Positions 9,529-17,794 of a DNA stretch of 64,000 nucleotides are shown here, in pieces. The stretch covers positions 1 to 64,000 of the IMG/VR virus record IMGVR_UViG_3300027869_000006, one strand, 5' to 3'. This DNA is from a virus. Both the position numbers and the translations under genes were made by a program. The notes under the pieces were generated by a model. The model saw nothing but the letters and a program-made list of their open reading frames with translations. It ran no database searches and was not told the origin of the DNA. Positions within the stretch are counted from its first letter, which is position 1. Each line of letters begins with the position of its first letter.

Positions 9529-9822
9529 ATGAATGCACAGATGAACCAGGCTCCCAATGGGAGAGAGAAAGTAACCGTTGAACTTGTAGGTCAAGATGGA
9601 AATGCTTTTGCAGTGATAGGGAGATGCGAGCGAGCGATGCGTCAGGCACGCTGGACGGCACAGGAAATCACCGCATTCCGCATGGAGGCAACATGCGGAG
9701 ACTACAATCACCTCCTGGCAACGGTCATGGAGTACTGTGAGGATGCAAGTGAAGATGAGGAGGAAGAGGAGTTCAACTTTTATGCCGATGACGAAGATGA
9801 GGAGGAGGATACCGATGACTAA
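9529..9822 (+). CDS. conserved phage protein with acidic tail
   Basis: LVGQDGNAFAVIG...GDYNHLL motif; poly-E/D tail. Confidence 0.75.
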   Translation: MNAQMNQAPNGREKVTVELVGQDGNAFAVIGRCERAMRQARWTAQEITAFRMEATCGDYNHLLATVMEYCEDASEDEEEEEFNFYADDEDEEEDTDD

Positions 9823-10204
9823 GCAGCAACGTATCCTTGCCCCCGTTCAACTTGCCTACATCACGGCTCGTGCCACCTACGAAGAATTGACCGAAGCCGC
9901 CGCCGCAATCTTGGGTGAGTGTACCGCCGAGACCGTGACGGAAGTCGAAGCCTTTTGCGAGAGAGAGGCCCAGGTGCATACTGAACTTGGTACCCTGCGT
10001 GCAAGGATCGCCCTACGTGATACCGAGCAAGCTCTGCTTGATTGGGGCGTGGCTTATGCGAAGACCGCGAAGGGCTATAAGCCTGAGTATCAGGACATGT
10101 TTGAGCGAATGGCAACGACACCCCTGTTAAAGTATCGGCACAGGGCGATTGATTTGTTTATGAAATTGGATGTTAGTCCAATCATCGAAAAGAAAGCGAG
10201 TTAA
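9815..10204 (+). CDS. hypothetical protein
   Basis: GGAGG RBS; overlaps upstream stop. Confidence 0.65.
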   Translation: MTKQQRILAPVQLAYITARATYEELTEAAAAILGECTAETVTEVEAFCEREAQVHTELGTLRARIALRDTEQALLDWGVAYAKTAKGYKPEYQDMFERMATTPLLKYRHRAIDLFMKLDVSPIIEKKAS

Positions 10205-10207
10205 GCT

Positions 10208-10495
10208 GTGGAAAGCACAACGTATCATGAGCAGGTATGCTGTCTCTTAGAACAGGCAGTGATCCTTATCCGAGCGAATAGCTTTGTTCCTAAGTATCAG
10301 GAGAAAGCAACATGAGAAGAATGTCTCGGTCTCGCCGTCTCTCAGTATCTCGAATGGACAGGCGAGGATATCTTACAGGTAGCGCAAGCTGCCCTTGTGG
10401 ATGCAAATTTCTCAACTGAAGCATCCGTTCTGCAATTGCTTGTTGATGCACCAGACTCAACCGCACTTGCCCAGAAAATCTTTGAGGAGAATTAA
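10208..10495 (+). pseudogene. 95-codon gene with an internal TGA at 10313-10315
   Basis: One frame VESTTY...KAT*EECLGLAVSQYLEW...FEEN* fills the gap between two genes. Confidence 0.6.
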
Positions 10496-10498
10496 TAC

Positions 10499-11695
10499 AT
10501 GACTACCATCTCAGAAGAAACTACCGTTGAAGTCATCCCTGGTATACCGTCCTTCTACGTCACCGTTGAGCAAAAAGCCCTGGTCAATGCCTTAACTGCT
10601 CTTGCACCTGCCGTTCCTAAGAGACCGAGTCTCCCTATTCTCTCCAACGTGAAGATCGAGGCAAGTACCCTTGGAGTGAAGCTCGCCGCGACCAACCTGG
10701 AACTCTACATGAGTACCCGTCTCCCTCTCTCAACCGTGCATGTGCGCCTCTATGGAGCATGTACCACGAACTACAAAGAGTTCGTGGCACTTGTCAAACC
10801 CTTGAAGGGACAGTTCCTGACACTTAGTTTCCAGGATGAGATGCTGACTGTTGAGACGGCCCATCTAACCGTTACCCTCGCGACTCTGCCCGTTGAGGAG
10901 TACCCCGCCGATCCGAAGGGGTTGCACGAGAAGAAAACCTGGGCCGTACCCCAGACGCTGACCTTACCCGTTGCGACCTTGCGGCATGCCGTGAGCATGG
11001 TAGAGTATGCCGCCTCAAATGACTTCAATCGGCCTGTCTTCACGGCCATTCGGATGAAGCTTTCTCAGGATGTGCTTGACCTGGCCGCCGCCGACCAAAA
11101 ACGCATGAGTATCATGCGCGAGCAGATTGAGGGTGCAGGCACTTGGAATGTTGATCTGCTTCTTCCCGTGGTGAGCTTGTGCGAAGTCCTGAAGAAGCTA
11201 CCGAAAGCGGGAGACGTGACCCTCTCCGCTGCATCTCCGGTGTCTGCTACCCTCACGTGTGGGCCGATAGTTGCCCATCTCCGGCAAGTGGAGGGCACCT
11301 ATCCCAATGTGGAAGTGGTTATTCCGCGTGAGGATGCTGACGTGACGACCGTCCTGGTGGAGCGAGCAGTCTTGAAGCAAGCACTTGAAACGGTTGCATC
11401 CATTGTGAAGGACTCCGGCAAGTGTGTCCATCTCCATTTCATGCAGGAGCGTATCGAGGTCAAGGCGCAACGCGATGAGATGAAGGAACCGATGGTGGTT
11501 CAGGTTCCTGCCGAGGCGACGGGACAAGAGATGGAAGTCATCTTCCATTGGCGGAACGTGATGGATATCGTGCAAGCCTCTTCCTATGGGTCGCTCCAAT
11601 TCCATCTACAAAGTCCGCACCATGCAGTTCGGATCACCATTCCTGAGTGTCCTGGGTTTGTTGGGGTGACGATGCCGATGAATACTCATCGCTAA
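10499..11695 (+). CDS. dnaN: DNA polymerase III beta sliding clamp-like protein
   Basis: PSLPILSNVKI, AATNLE, RPVFTAI, EGTYPNVEVVIP, C-terminal MPM. Confidence 0.85.
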   Translation: MTTISEETTVEVIPGIPSFYVTVEQKALVNALTALAPAVPKRPSLPILSNVKIEASTLGVKLAATNLELYMSTRLPLSTVHVRLYGACTTNYKEFVALVKPLKGQFLTLSFQDEMLTVETAHLTVTLATLPVEEYPADPKGLHEKKTWAVPQTLTLPVATLRHAVSMVEYAASNDFNRPVFTAIRMKLSQDVLDLAAADQKRMSIMREQIEGAGTWNVDLLLPVVSLCEVLKKLPKAGDVTLSAASPVSATLTCGPIVAHLRQVEGTYPNVEVVIPREDADVTTVLVERAVLKQALETVASIVKDSGKCVHLHFMQERIEVKAQRDEMKEPMVVQVPAEATGQEMEVIFHWRNVMDIVQASSYGSLQFHLQSPHHAVRITIPECPGFVGVTMPMNTHR

Positions 11696-11800
11696 TCTTC
11701 CTCGCTTGTTTTCTCATCACATCTACGATATACTTACTGACAGGGAGCCGTTCACTCCCTGTCTTTGTATGACTGTCCTGTTATGGTGCGGAGGCGGCGC

Positions 11801-12418
11801 ATGTCCACCGTTGATATTCCTCATTTTTCTTTGCATGAACAATTCGCAGATCATGGGTTTGCTACTTGTCATGGTGCCCTCCCACTCCCGCGCACGTGGG
11901 CCGCTCAGCTACGGAACTATGCCAGTAACTTCCTTGATGGCACCATGACCCAACCGCTCGCTCAACTCTTCCCCTGGCTCTATTCCTGGTACTGCGATGT
12001 GGTTGCACACCTGGTGGATGTCACGTTCCAGACCCAGGTCGCCCTTGCCCCACTTGACCGTTGTCTGACCCTGCACCTTGGACTTGGTCGAGGGTATCAA
12101 ACCAAAGAAGAGCGAGAGAGAGACCTGGCAGGCCCCGCGACCAAGCCTGGGGTCAGCGGCGTCCTGTTTGCCTGTCATCTACCGGAGACCCACGGAGGCT
12201 CCTTGGAACTCCATCTCCCGAAACAGCCACCGGCGCTGATTGCCCCCATCGAGGGGTTGCTGGTGTTGTTTGATGGCAGTGTCACGAAGTATCTGCTGCG
12301 GCCGGTCATGCGGGCGCTTGATGTGTGCTATGCCGTCGTGATTGAGTTCGCACATGATCTGCTGACGTTGCCTGTGCCACATGTAGAGGCAGGGATAGTG
12401 GCAAGGGTACTCATCTAG
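11801..12418 (+). CDS. 2OG-Fe(II) oxygenase-fold protein, apparently degenerate
   Basis: DSBH-like GVLF...HGGSLEL...IAPIEGLLVLFDG; no clear HxD/H iron ligands. Confidence 0.5.
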   Translation: MSTVDIPHFSLHEQFADHGFATCHGALPLPRTWAAQLRNYASNFLDGTMTQPLAQLFPWLYSWYCDVVAHLVDVTFQTQVALAPLDRCLTLHLGLGRGYQTKEERERDLAGPATKPGVSGVLFACHLPETHGGSLELHLPKQPPALIAPIEGLLVLFDGSVTKYLLRPVMRALDVCYAVVIEFAHDLLTLPVPHVEAGIVARVLI

Positions 12419-12454
12419 TCTCGATGGGATGTGAGATGGAAGGGAGGAGGACGT

Positions 12455-13183
12455 ATGGTCAGAGATATGCAGCAAGGAGTGAGAGAAGATAGTCTCTCTG
12501 CTCTACTTCCTCTTGAGGTCATTGCACTTGACCAACTTAAGCCTCATCCACGCAACTATCGAAGTCATCCCGAAGATGAGATTCTTCATCTCATGGAAAG
12601 TATTCGTGCCAACGGGATTTACAAGAATATCGTGATTGCCAATGAAGGGACGATCCTGTGTGGTCGGGGAGTGACTATAGCAGCAGAGCGACTTGAATAT
12701 ACCCATGTCCCTGTCTATCGTGCTCCCTATGGGCCGAATGATCCACGCGCCATCAAACTCCTCGTCAGTGACAATGAGATTAGCCACTTAGCTGAAAATG
12801 ACGATAGAGCACTCACTGAACTTCTCAAAGAACTGAAAGACTCTGAACTTGACCTGCTTGGGACTGGCTACGATGAAATGATGCTTGCCAATCTTGTCAT
12901 GGTGAGTCGGCCCGCCTCAGAGATTGCTGATTTAGATGCTGCGGCGCAGTGGGTAGGAATGCCGGAGTATAACGATGAAGGGGATGAAGAAAGCGCCGAG
13001 TTCTCCGTGATTGTGAATTTCGCTACTGAGGAACATTGTCGGGAGTTTTGTCGTCGTCTTACTATAGATGCCAGTAGTATCCTGATGCGGAAAATACGCA
13101 GACCGATCTGGTGGCCGTCGCAAGTACGTGATGATCTGCTCTCTCTACGATTTACTGCGGAGAAACAGGGAGAAGAGAAATGA
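12455..13183 (+). CDS. ParB/Srx-like N-terminal domain protein
   Basis: LKPHPRNYR..H, SIRANG..NIVI..GTILCGRG, SDNEI. Confidence 0.8.
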   Translation: MVRDMQQGVREDSLSALLPLEVIALDQLKPHPRNYRSHPEDEILHLMESIRANGIYKNIVIANEGTILCGRGVTIAAERLEYTHVPVYRAPYGPNDPRAIKLLVSDNEISHLAENDDRALTELLKELKDSELDLLGTGYDEMMLANLVMVSRPASEIADLDAAAQWVGMPEYNDEGDEESAEFSVIVNFATEEHCREFCRRLTIDASSILMRKIRRPIWWPSQVRDDLLSLRFTAEKQGEEK

Positions 13184-14094
13184 TGAACCCCGTTCTCCCG
13201 CGCTATCCCGTCTATATTCCTAGTAAGGGTCGGGCTGAACAAGGGTTAACCGCGCGTTATCTCGTTGCTAGTGGCGTGCCATTTCATCTCGTCGTCGAAC
13301 CACCGGAAGCGGATGCCTATGCAGCACAGTTTGGGGCTGACCGTCTGCTCGTACTTCCATTTCATGATCTTGGCTTAGGGAGTATTCCAGCACGTAATTT
13401 CATTTGGGAACACGCGAAAGCGAGTGGAGCAGAGCGGCACTGGACACTCGATGATAATATGCGCTGCTTTTATCGGCGCTTTAAAGCGAGGCGTCTCTAT
13501 TGCGATGCAGGGATCGCGCTCCGCGTCTGCGAAGATTTTACCGACCGCTATGAGAATATCGCTATCGCGGGCTTAAACTACGCGATGTTCGTGCCAGATA
13601 AAGAGCGTATCCTTCCCCTCCAAATCAACTGCCATGTCTACTCCTGTATGCTGATCCTGAATAGCCTGCCGTATCGCTGGCGTGGCCGCTATAACGAAGA
13701 CACCGATTTCTGCCTGCAGGTACTAGCGAATGGGTGGTGTACTATCCTTCTCAATACCTTCGTCGTGGAGAAAATTGCGACAATGACGATGAAGGGTGGG
13801 AATATGACCACGCTCTATCAAGGCGATGGACGCCTCAAGATGGCTCGCTCTTTAGAGCGAGCCTGGCCAGGTATAGTTGAAACGAAGCGGCGCTTCCAGC
13901 GACCACAACATGTTATTAAAGATGGCTGGAAGAAGTTCGATACCAAACTGAAGTTAAAACCCGGTATTGATTTATCACGATTAGAGTCTAATGAATATGG
14001 CATGTCACTCGTGCAGGTTGCGGATTCGATCAAAAGCCCGCGTCTCCAGGGTCTGCTCGATGAGTGGCGAGAGACGCACGAGGAGCCGCTATGA
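13180..14094 (+). CDS. GREB1/TET-associated-like (TAGT) GT-A glycosyltransferase
   Basis: YPVYIPSKGRA, HWTLDDN, WRGRYNEDTD, MKGGN. Confidence 0.75.
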   Translation: MMNPVLPRYPVYIPSKGRAEQGLTARYLVASGVPFHLVVEPPEADAYAAQFGADRLLVLPFHDLGLGSIPARNFIWEHAKASGAERHWTLDDNMRCFYRRFKARRLYCDAGIALRVCEDFTDRYENIAIAGLNYAMFVPDKERILPLQINCHVYSCMLILNSLPYRWRGRYNEDTDFCLQVLANGWCTILLNTFVVEKIATMTMKGGNMTTLYQGDGRLKMARSLERAWPGIVETKRRFQRPQHVIKDGWKKFDTKLKLKPGIDLSRLESNEYGMSLVQVADSIKSPRLQGLLDEWRETHEEPL

Positions 14095-14435
14095 GACGAA
14101 ATACTAGTCACACCCGTGGCACACCTCGCCAGAGTGGTGGCTACCTCTTAGAGGACTCCTGGGTGGATTATTCCGATGGCCAGTCCGTCACCTACTCCAC
14201 CCATGCACCAGACCCGATCCCACTCGGTATCGTCAAGCTGGAACGGGATGCCTCGCTCTCTCCCGATGGGCCGTATGCATTGTACGTGGTGGTCCACGTC
14301 AAGAAGCGCAATGACTGGGGAGCCATCCAGCAGTTCGATATCTGGAAACCGTTATCGCAGAAAAGTCCCTATCGATTGGAGGATGCACGGGCGTACCTGG
14401 AGCAGGCCGTACGAGGCGGGAGGATGAGTTCATGA
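14091..14435 (+). CDS. hypothetical protein
   Basis: AGGAG RBS; ATGA overlap. Confidence 0.55.
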   Translation: MRRNTSHTRGTPRQSGGYLLEDSWVDYSDGQSVTYSTHAPDPIPLGIVKLERDASLSPDGPYALYVVVHVKKRNDWGAIQQFDIWKPLSQKSPYRLEDARAYLEQAVRGGRMSS

Positions 14436-14456
14436 AGAAGGGGAGAGAGAGATTCT

Positions 14457-15032
14457 ATGCCTGAAGACTACAACACAACATCGCTCCCACGCGTATTGAG
14501 GAAACGGCGGCGTGGCCAACGATTGACTGCCGAGGAGAAGCATCTCGCTCAACAAAAGTTCCTCGACTCCTTCAAGCTCAATGCGAATATCACCGTTGCG
14601 TGCATGCAAGCAGGCATTGATCGTTCGCAGATTTACCGCTGGCAGGAAAAAGATCAACAGTTCAGCTTCCGGTTCAATCAAGCGGAAGCTGAAGCCAATG
14701 ATATGCTACTTGCGGCTGCCTGGCGACGTGGCGTGCAGGGGGTGGAGAAAGCCGTCGTCTCGATGGGCAGACAGGTCTTTGTCGAGGAGGAACTGCCCAA
14801 TGGGACAAAGATACGCAAGCCACTCATGGAGCGAGAATATAGCGATGCCGTCCTCCTGAGACTCATGTCCTACCGTATTCCAGGTTTCCGTGAGAAGCAG
14901 CAGGTGGAAATGAGTGGGAGTCTTGAAGTTTTCCAGGGGGCGCGTGATGCGCTTCTTACTGAGTTAGCGACACTTCCAGATGTTGGTCAAACACACACAG
15001 AAGCTAGCAGTACCGAAGCCAATCCCCTTTGA
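14457..15032 (+). CDS. terminase small subunit
   Basis: HTH (NITVAC..AGIDRSQIYRW), REYSD; directly upstream of TerL. Confidence 0.8.
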   Translation: MPEDYNTTSLPRVLRKRRRGQRLTAEEKHLAQQKFLDSFKLNANITVACMQAGIDRSQIYRWQEKDQQFSFRFNQAEAEANDMLLAAAWRRGVQGVEKAVVSMGRQVFVEEELPNGTKIRKPLMEREYSDAVLLRLMSYRIPGFREKQQVEMSGSLEVFQGARDALLTELATLPDVGQTHTEASSTEANPL

Positions 15033-16422
15033 GTTCGCACGGCGTTTTGCCGTGCTTTCCAAAGCAGAGAAACGAGCCTGGGTGCTTGCCCATTGTAATG
15101 ATGAGAAGGCTCTCACCCTGCGCTATACCTGGGCGGCCTGGGCGCGTGAGAAGCAACTCTGGCAAATCGAAGCACCGGAAGATTGGCAAACCTGGCTGCA
15201 ACTCGCCGGACGCGGGTGGGGCAAAACACGCGGTGGCTCTGAATGGGTCATTGAAGAAGCACGTACTGACCCGGAGGGACATATTGCGCTTGTTGGGCGG
15301 ACCGTCGCCGATGTACGCGGGGTAATGGTTGGCGGCAAAAGTGGTATTCTTTCCTGTTCGCCGCCGTGGTTCCGACCGGAATATGAACCATCGAAGCGCA
15401 AGCTGACCTGGCCGAATGGTTGCATTGCTACTACCTATTCAGCGGATCAGCCGGATCAATTACGTGGGCCAGGACATACCAAAGCGTGGGCAGATGAAAG
15501 GGCTGCCTGGCAATACGATGATGCTTGGGATCAATTGCAGTTCGGACTTCGTGAGGGAGCCAAGCCGCAATGCCTGGTCACGACCACGCCACGGGCGACT
15601 AGGGCGATCAAGGAACTCGCGGCTGATGCTGGGACGCATGTCACACGAGGCACGACCTATGAGAATAGGGAGAACCTTGCCCCGAAGTTCATTCGAGAGA
15701 TTGAACGCCGCTATGCTGGCACGCGCCTAGGCAAGCAGGAAATCGAAGGGCGCATCATCGATGATGTTGAGGGAGCACTCTGGAAACGGGAAAGCATGAT
15801 TGAAGCGTATCGGGTGAGAAACTCTCCCTCTCTCATGCGTATCGTGGTAGGTGTTGACCCTGCGGTCTCTGCTGCCGAGGGAAGTGCAGAGACCGGTATT
15901 GTCATTGCCGGCATCACAGAGAACGGACACGCCTATATTCTTGCAGATCGGTCGCTGCGTGGGTCTCCTAACGAATGGGCGGCATCGGTCATTGCTGGCT
16001 ATCATCTCTTTGAGGCAGATCGGGTGATTGGAGAGGTAAATAATGGAGGTGACTTGGTAGAGACAGTTATTCGCAATATCGACTCACAAATTTCCTATGA
16101 GGCAGTGCGGGCCACCCGTGGTAAGTATCTTCGTGCTGAACCCATTGCCTCATTCTATGAGCGAGGACTTGTCCATCACGTTGGAACACTCCCAGAATTA
16201 GAGGATCAGATGGCATCATGGGTTCCTGGGGAGAAATCACCTGATCGGTTGGATGCCTTAGTATGGGCATTGACCAAGCTGCTCTTGCAGTCTGCTCTCC
16301 CACTTGAAGGGTATGAAGTGCCTGTCGCTGAACCCAAACCTGATCTTCTTGAGGTCATGAAGAAACATCAGCTTGATCCATTTGCTTATGCTGAATCTGT
16401 AGGGTTGTTCAATGACTACTAA
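14980..16422 (+). CDS. terminase large subunit
   Basis: Walker A AGRGWGKT, Walker B AWADE, TTTP, nuclease VGVDPA, SPDRLDA. Confidence 0.95.
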   Translation: MLVKHTQKLAVPKPIPFEFARRFAVLSKAEKRAWVLAHCNDEKALTLRYTWAAWAREKQLWQIEAPEDWQTWLQLAGRGWGKTRGGSEWVIEEARTDPEGHIALVGRTVADVRGVMVGGKSGILSCSPPWFRPEYEPSKRKLTWPNGCIATTYSADQPDQLRGPGHTKAWADERAAWQYDDAWDQLQFGLREGAKPQCLVTTTPRATRAIKELAADAGTHVTRGTTYENRENLAPKFIREIERRYAGTRLGKQEIEGRIIDDVEGALWKRESMIEAYRVRNSPSLMRIVVGVDPAVSAAEGSAETGIVIAGITENGHAYILADRSLRGSPNEWAASVIAGYHLFEADRVIGEVNNGGDLVETVIRNIDSQISYEAVRATRGKYLRAEPIASFYERGLVHHVGTLPELEDQMASWVPGEKSPDRLDALVWALTKLLLQSALPLEGYEVPVAEPKPDLLEVMKKHQLDPFAYAESVGLFNDY

Positions 16423-16642
16423 GCCTTCTCTCTCGCTTCCCATGACCATGCAGGCCGCCGAGCCATGCCTGGAACTGCACTCGGCCCTCAATAACGCCTT
16501 CCTGGCGACTATCGGAAAAGACGGCATCTACTTCTGGGAAAGAAGGGCGCATACTCGGCACATCCTCACCTGGGAACAGATCATAGAATGCTGCCACCAG
16601 TACCAGGGGAGTTGCCAGGAGTGTGTGAACACGATACAATAG
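16412..16642 (+). CDS. small protein, paralog of 28604-28861
   Basis: GIYFWERRAHTRHILTWEQI vs GIWFWCRGCHREHLIVWEHI. Confidence 0.6.
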   Translation: MTTKPSLSLPMTMQAAEPCLELHSALNNAFLATIGKDGIYFWERRAHTRHILTWEQIIECCHQYQGSCQECVNTIQ

Positions 16643-16679
16643 CCTTACCACAACCAGAAGGAAAGTGAGGCGACAATGT

Positions 16680-17315
16680 ATGGCATCTCTTGGGAATAGC
16701 ACGATCAATCCCTATCAACAGGTACGGGAGGTCATTCACTTTGATGGCCTGAAGGATCGGTTTCCACTCGCGTATCCCCCTCTCCTGGGTCAAGCGCAGT
16801 ACGGGTATAGTGCGATCAACTCACGTGGAAACCCAGTATTCATCGGCATCATGGGACAGGACTCTTTTACTACCTATGATGCTCTGCTTGATGTGAGCAT
16901 GCCGTCCACCCCTATGATCGAGTTTCGCTTGGTGCACCGCAAAGGCGAGCAGGTCATCTTCACCTATTACTATGACCCGTTTCAGGCGATGTCCATGCAG
17001 TTGACAAACACCCGACTCAACCAGTACGCGAATGCCAGTGCCTCTGCTTCCTCCTATTCACTCGTCTCCACCATTCCCCCCAAAGAAGAGGAGAGAGAGA
17101 AGTCGCGGCCTGCTGTCCCTGAGTCAGATTACCTGGATTACCTGGATATTGAGGCGGCGATGCGCGAGGGTGGAGAGGTAACGTATGCCCACTGCCAATG
17201 GCTCTTACAGCAAGAGCACAATACACTGCTCTTTACAGAGAATACATGGGAACGCTGGTATACCTATGCTGTCGAGCATTGCCCCAGGTTTGCCAAGGAC
17301 GAGAGGACGCGATGA
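16680..17315 (+). CDS. hypothetical protein
   Basis: Long ORF, GAGG RBS. Confidence 0.6.
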   Translation: MASLGNSTINPYQQVREVIHFDGLKDRFPLAYPPLLGQAQYGYSAINSRGNPVFIGIMGQDSFTTYDALLDVSMPSTPMIEFRLVHRKGEQVIFTYYYDPFQAMSMQLTNTRLNQYANASASASSYSLVSTIPPKEEEREKSRPAVPESDYLDYLDIEAAMREGGEVTYAHCQWLLQQEHNTLLFTENTWERWYTYAVEHCPRFAKDERTR

Positions 17316-17518
17316 AGCACAGCCGCAACAAAGATCGGATTGCCATCTTGGAGAGTCGCATTGGTGCCTTAGAAGTCGCCAACCTCTCCATGACCGAACG
17401 ACTTACCCATATCAACGACTTGCTCGACGTGGCTATGCACGAGGTGAATGAACACGTCCTTTCGCGTCTTGATATCAATGCTATCGCTGAAGAAGAAAGG
17501 CGAGCCATCCAACACTAG
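17312..17518 (+). CDS. small coiled-coil protein
   Basis: GAGG RBS, ATGA overlap. Confidence 0.55.
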   Translation: MKHSRNKDRIAILESRIGALEVANLSMTERLTHINDLLDVAMHEVNEHVLSRLDINAIAEEERRAIQH

Positions 17519-17522
17519 CCTC

Positions 17523-17625
17523 TTGTATTCTTTATTACGATGTGCTATAGTCCCCATAGACGAGTCTTCGTGCTGGGTACATTCAGGGCCATTCGTCGGA
17601 CCGACCGACAGGAATGGCCTTTTTT
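17523..17625 (+). promoter_or_regulatory. promoter plus leader terminator/attenuator upstream of portal
   Basis: TTGTAT-N17-TATAGT; hairpin GGCCATTC(17587)..GAATGGCC(17619) followed by T6. Confidence 0.6.
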
Positions 17626-17794
17626 GATTGCCTGAGACAGTCGCACGCCCACCACTCATACCCGCATCCATGCGCCTCTCCACGCATGTACCGTACCCGT
17701 GCCAGCCTTACAACAGGAAGCGCAGACCATTTCGACCTGTTTCTGGATCGACCTTTCCTTCCTTCCGTTGTCCGCTGAAGATGGGAGGGCAGCT

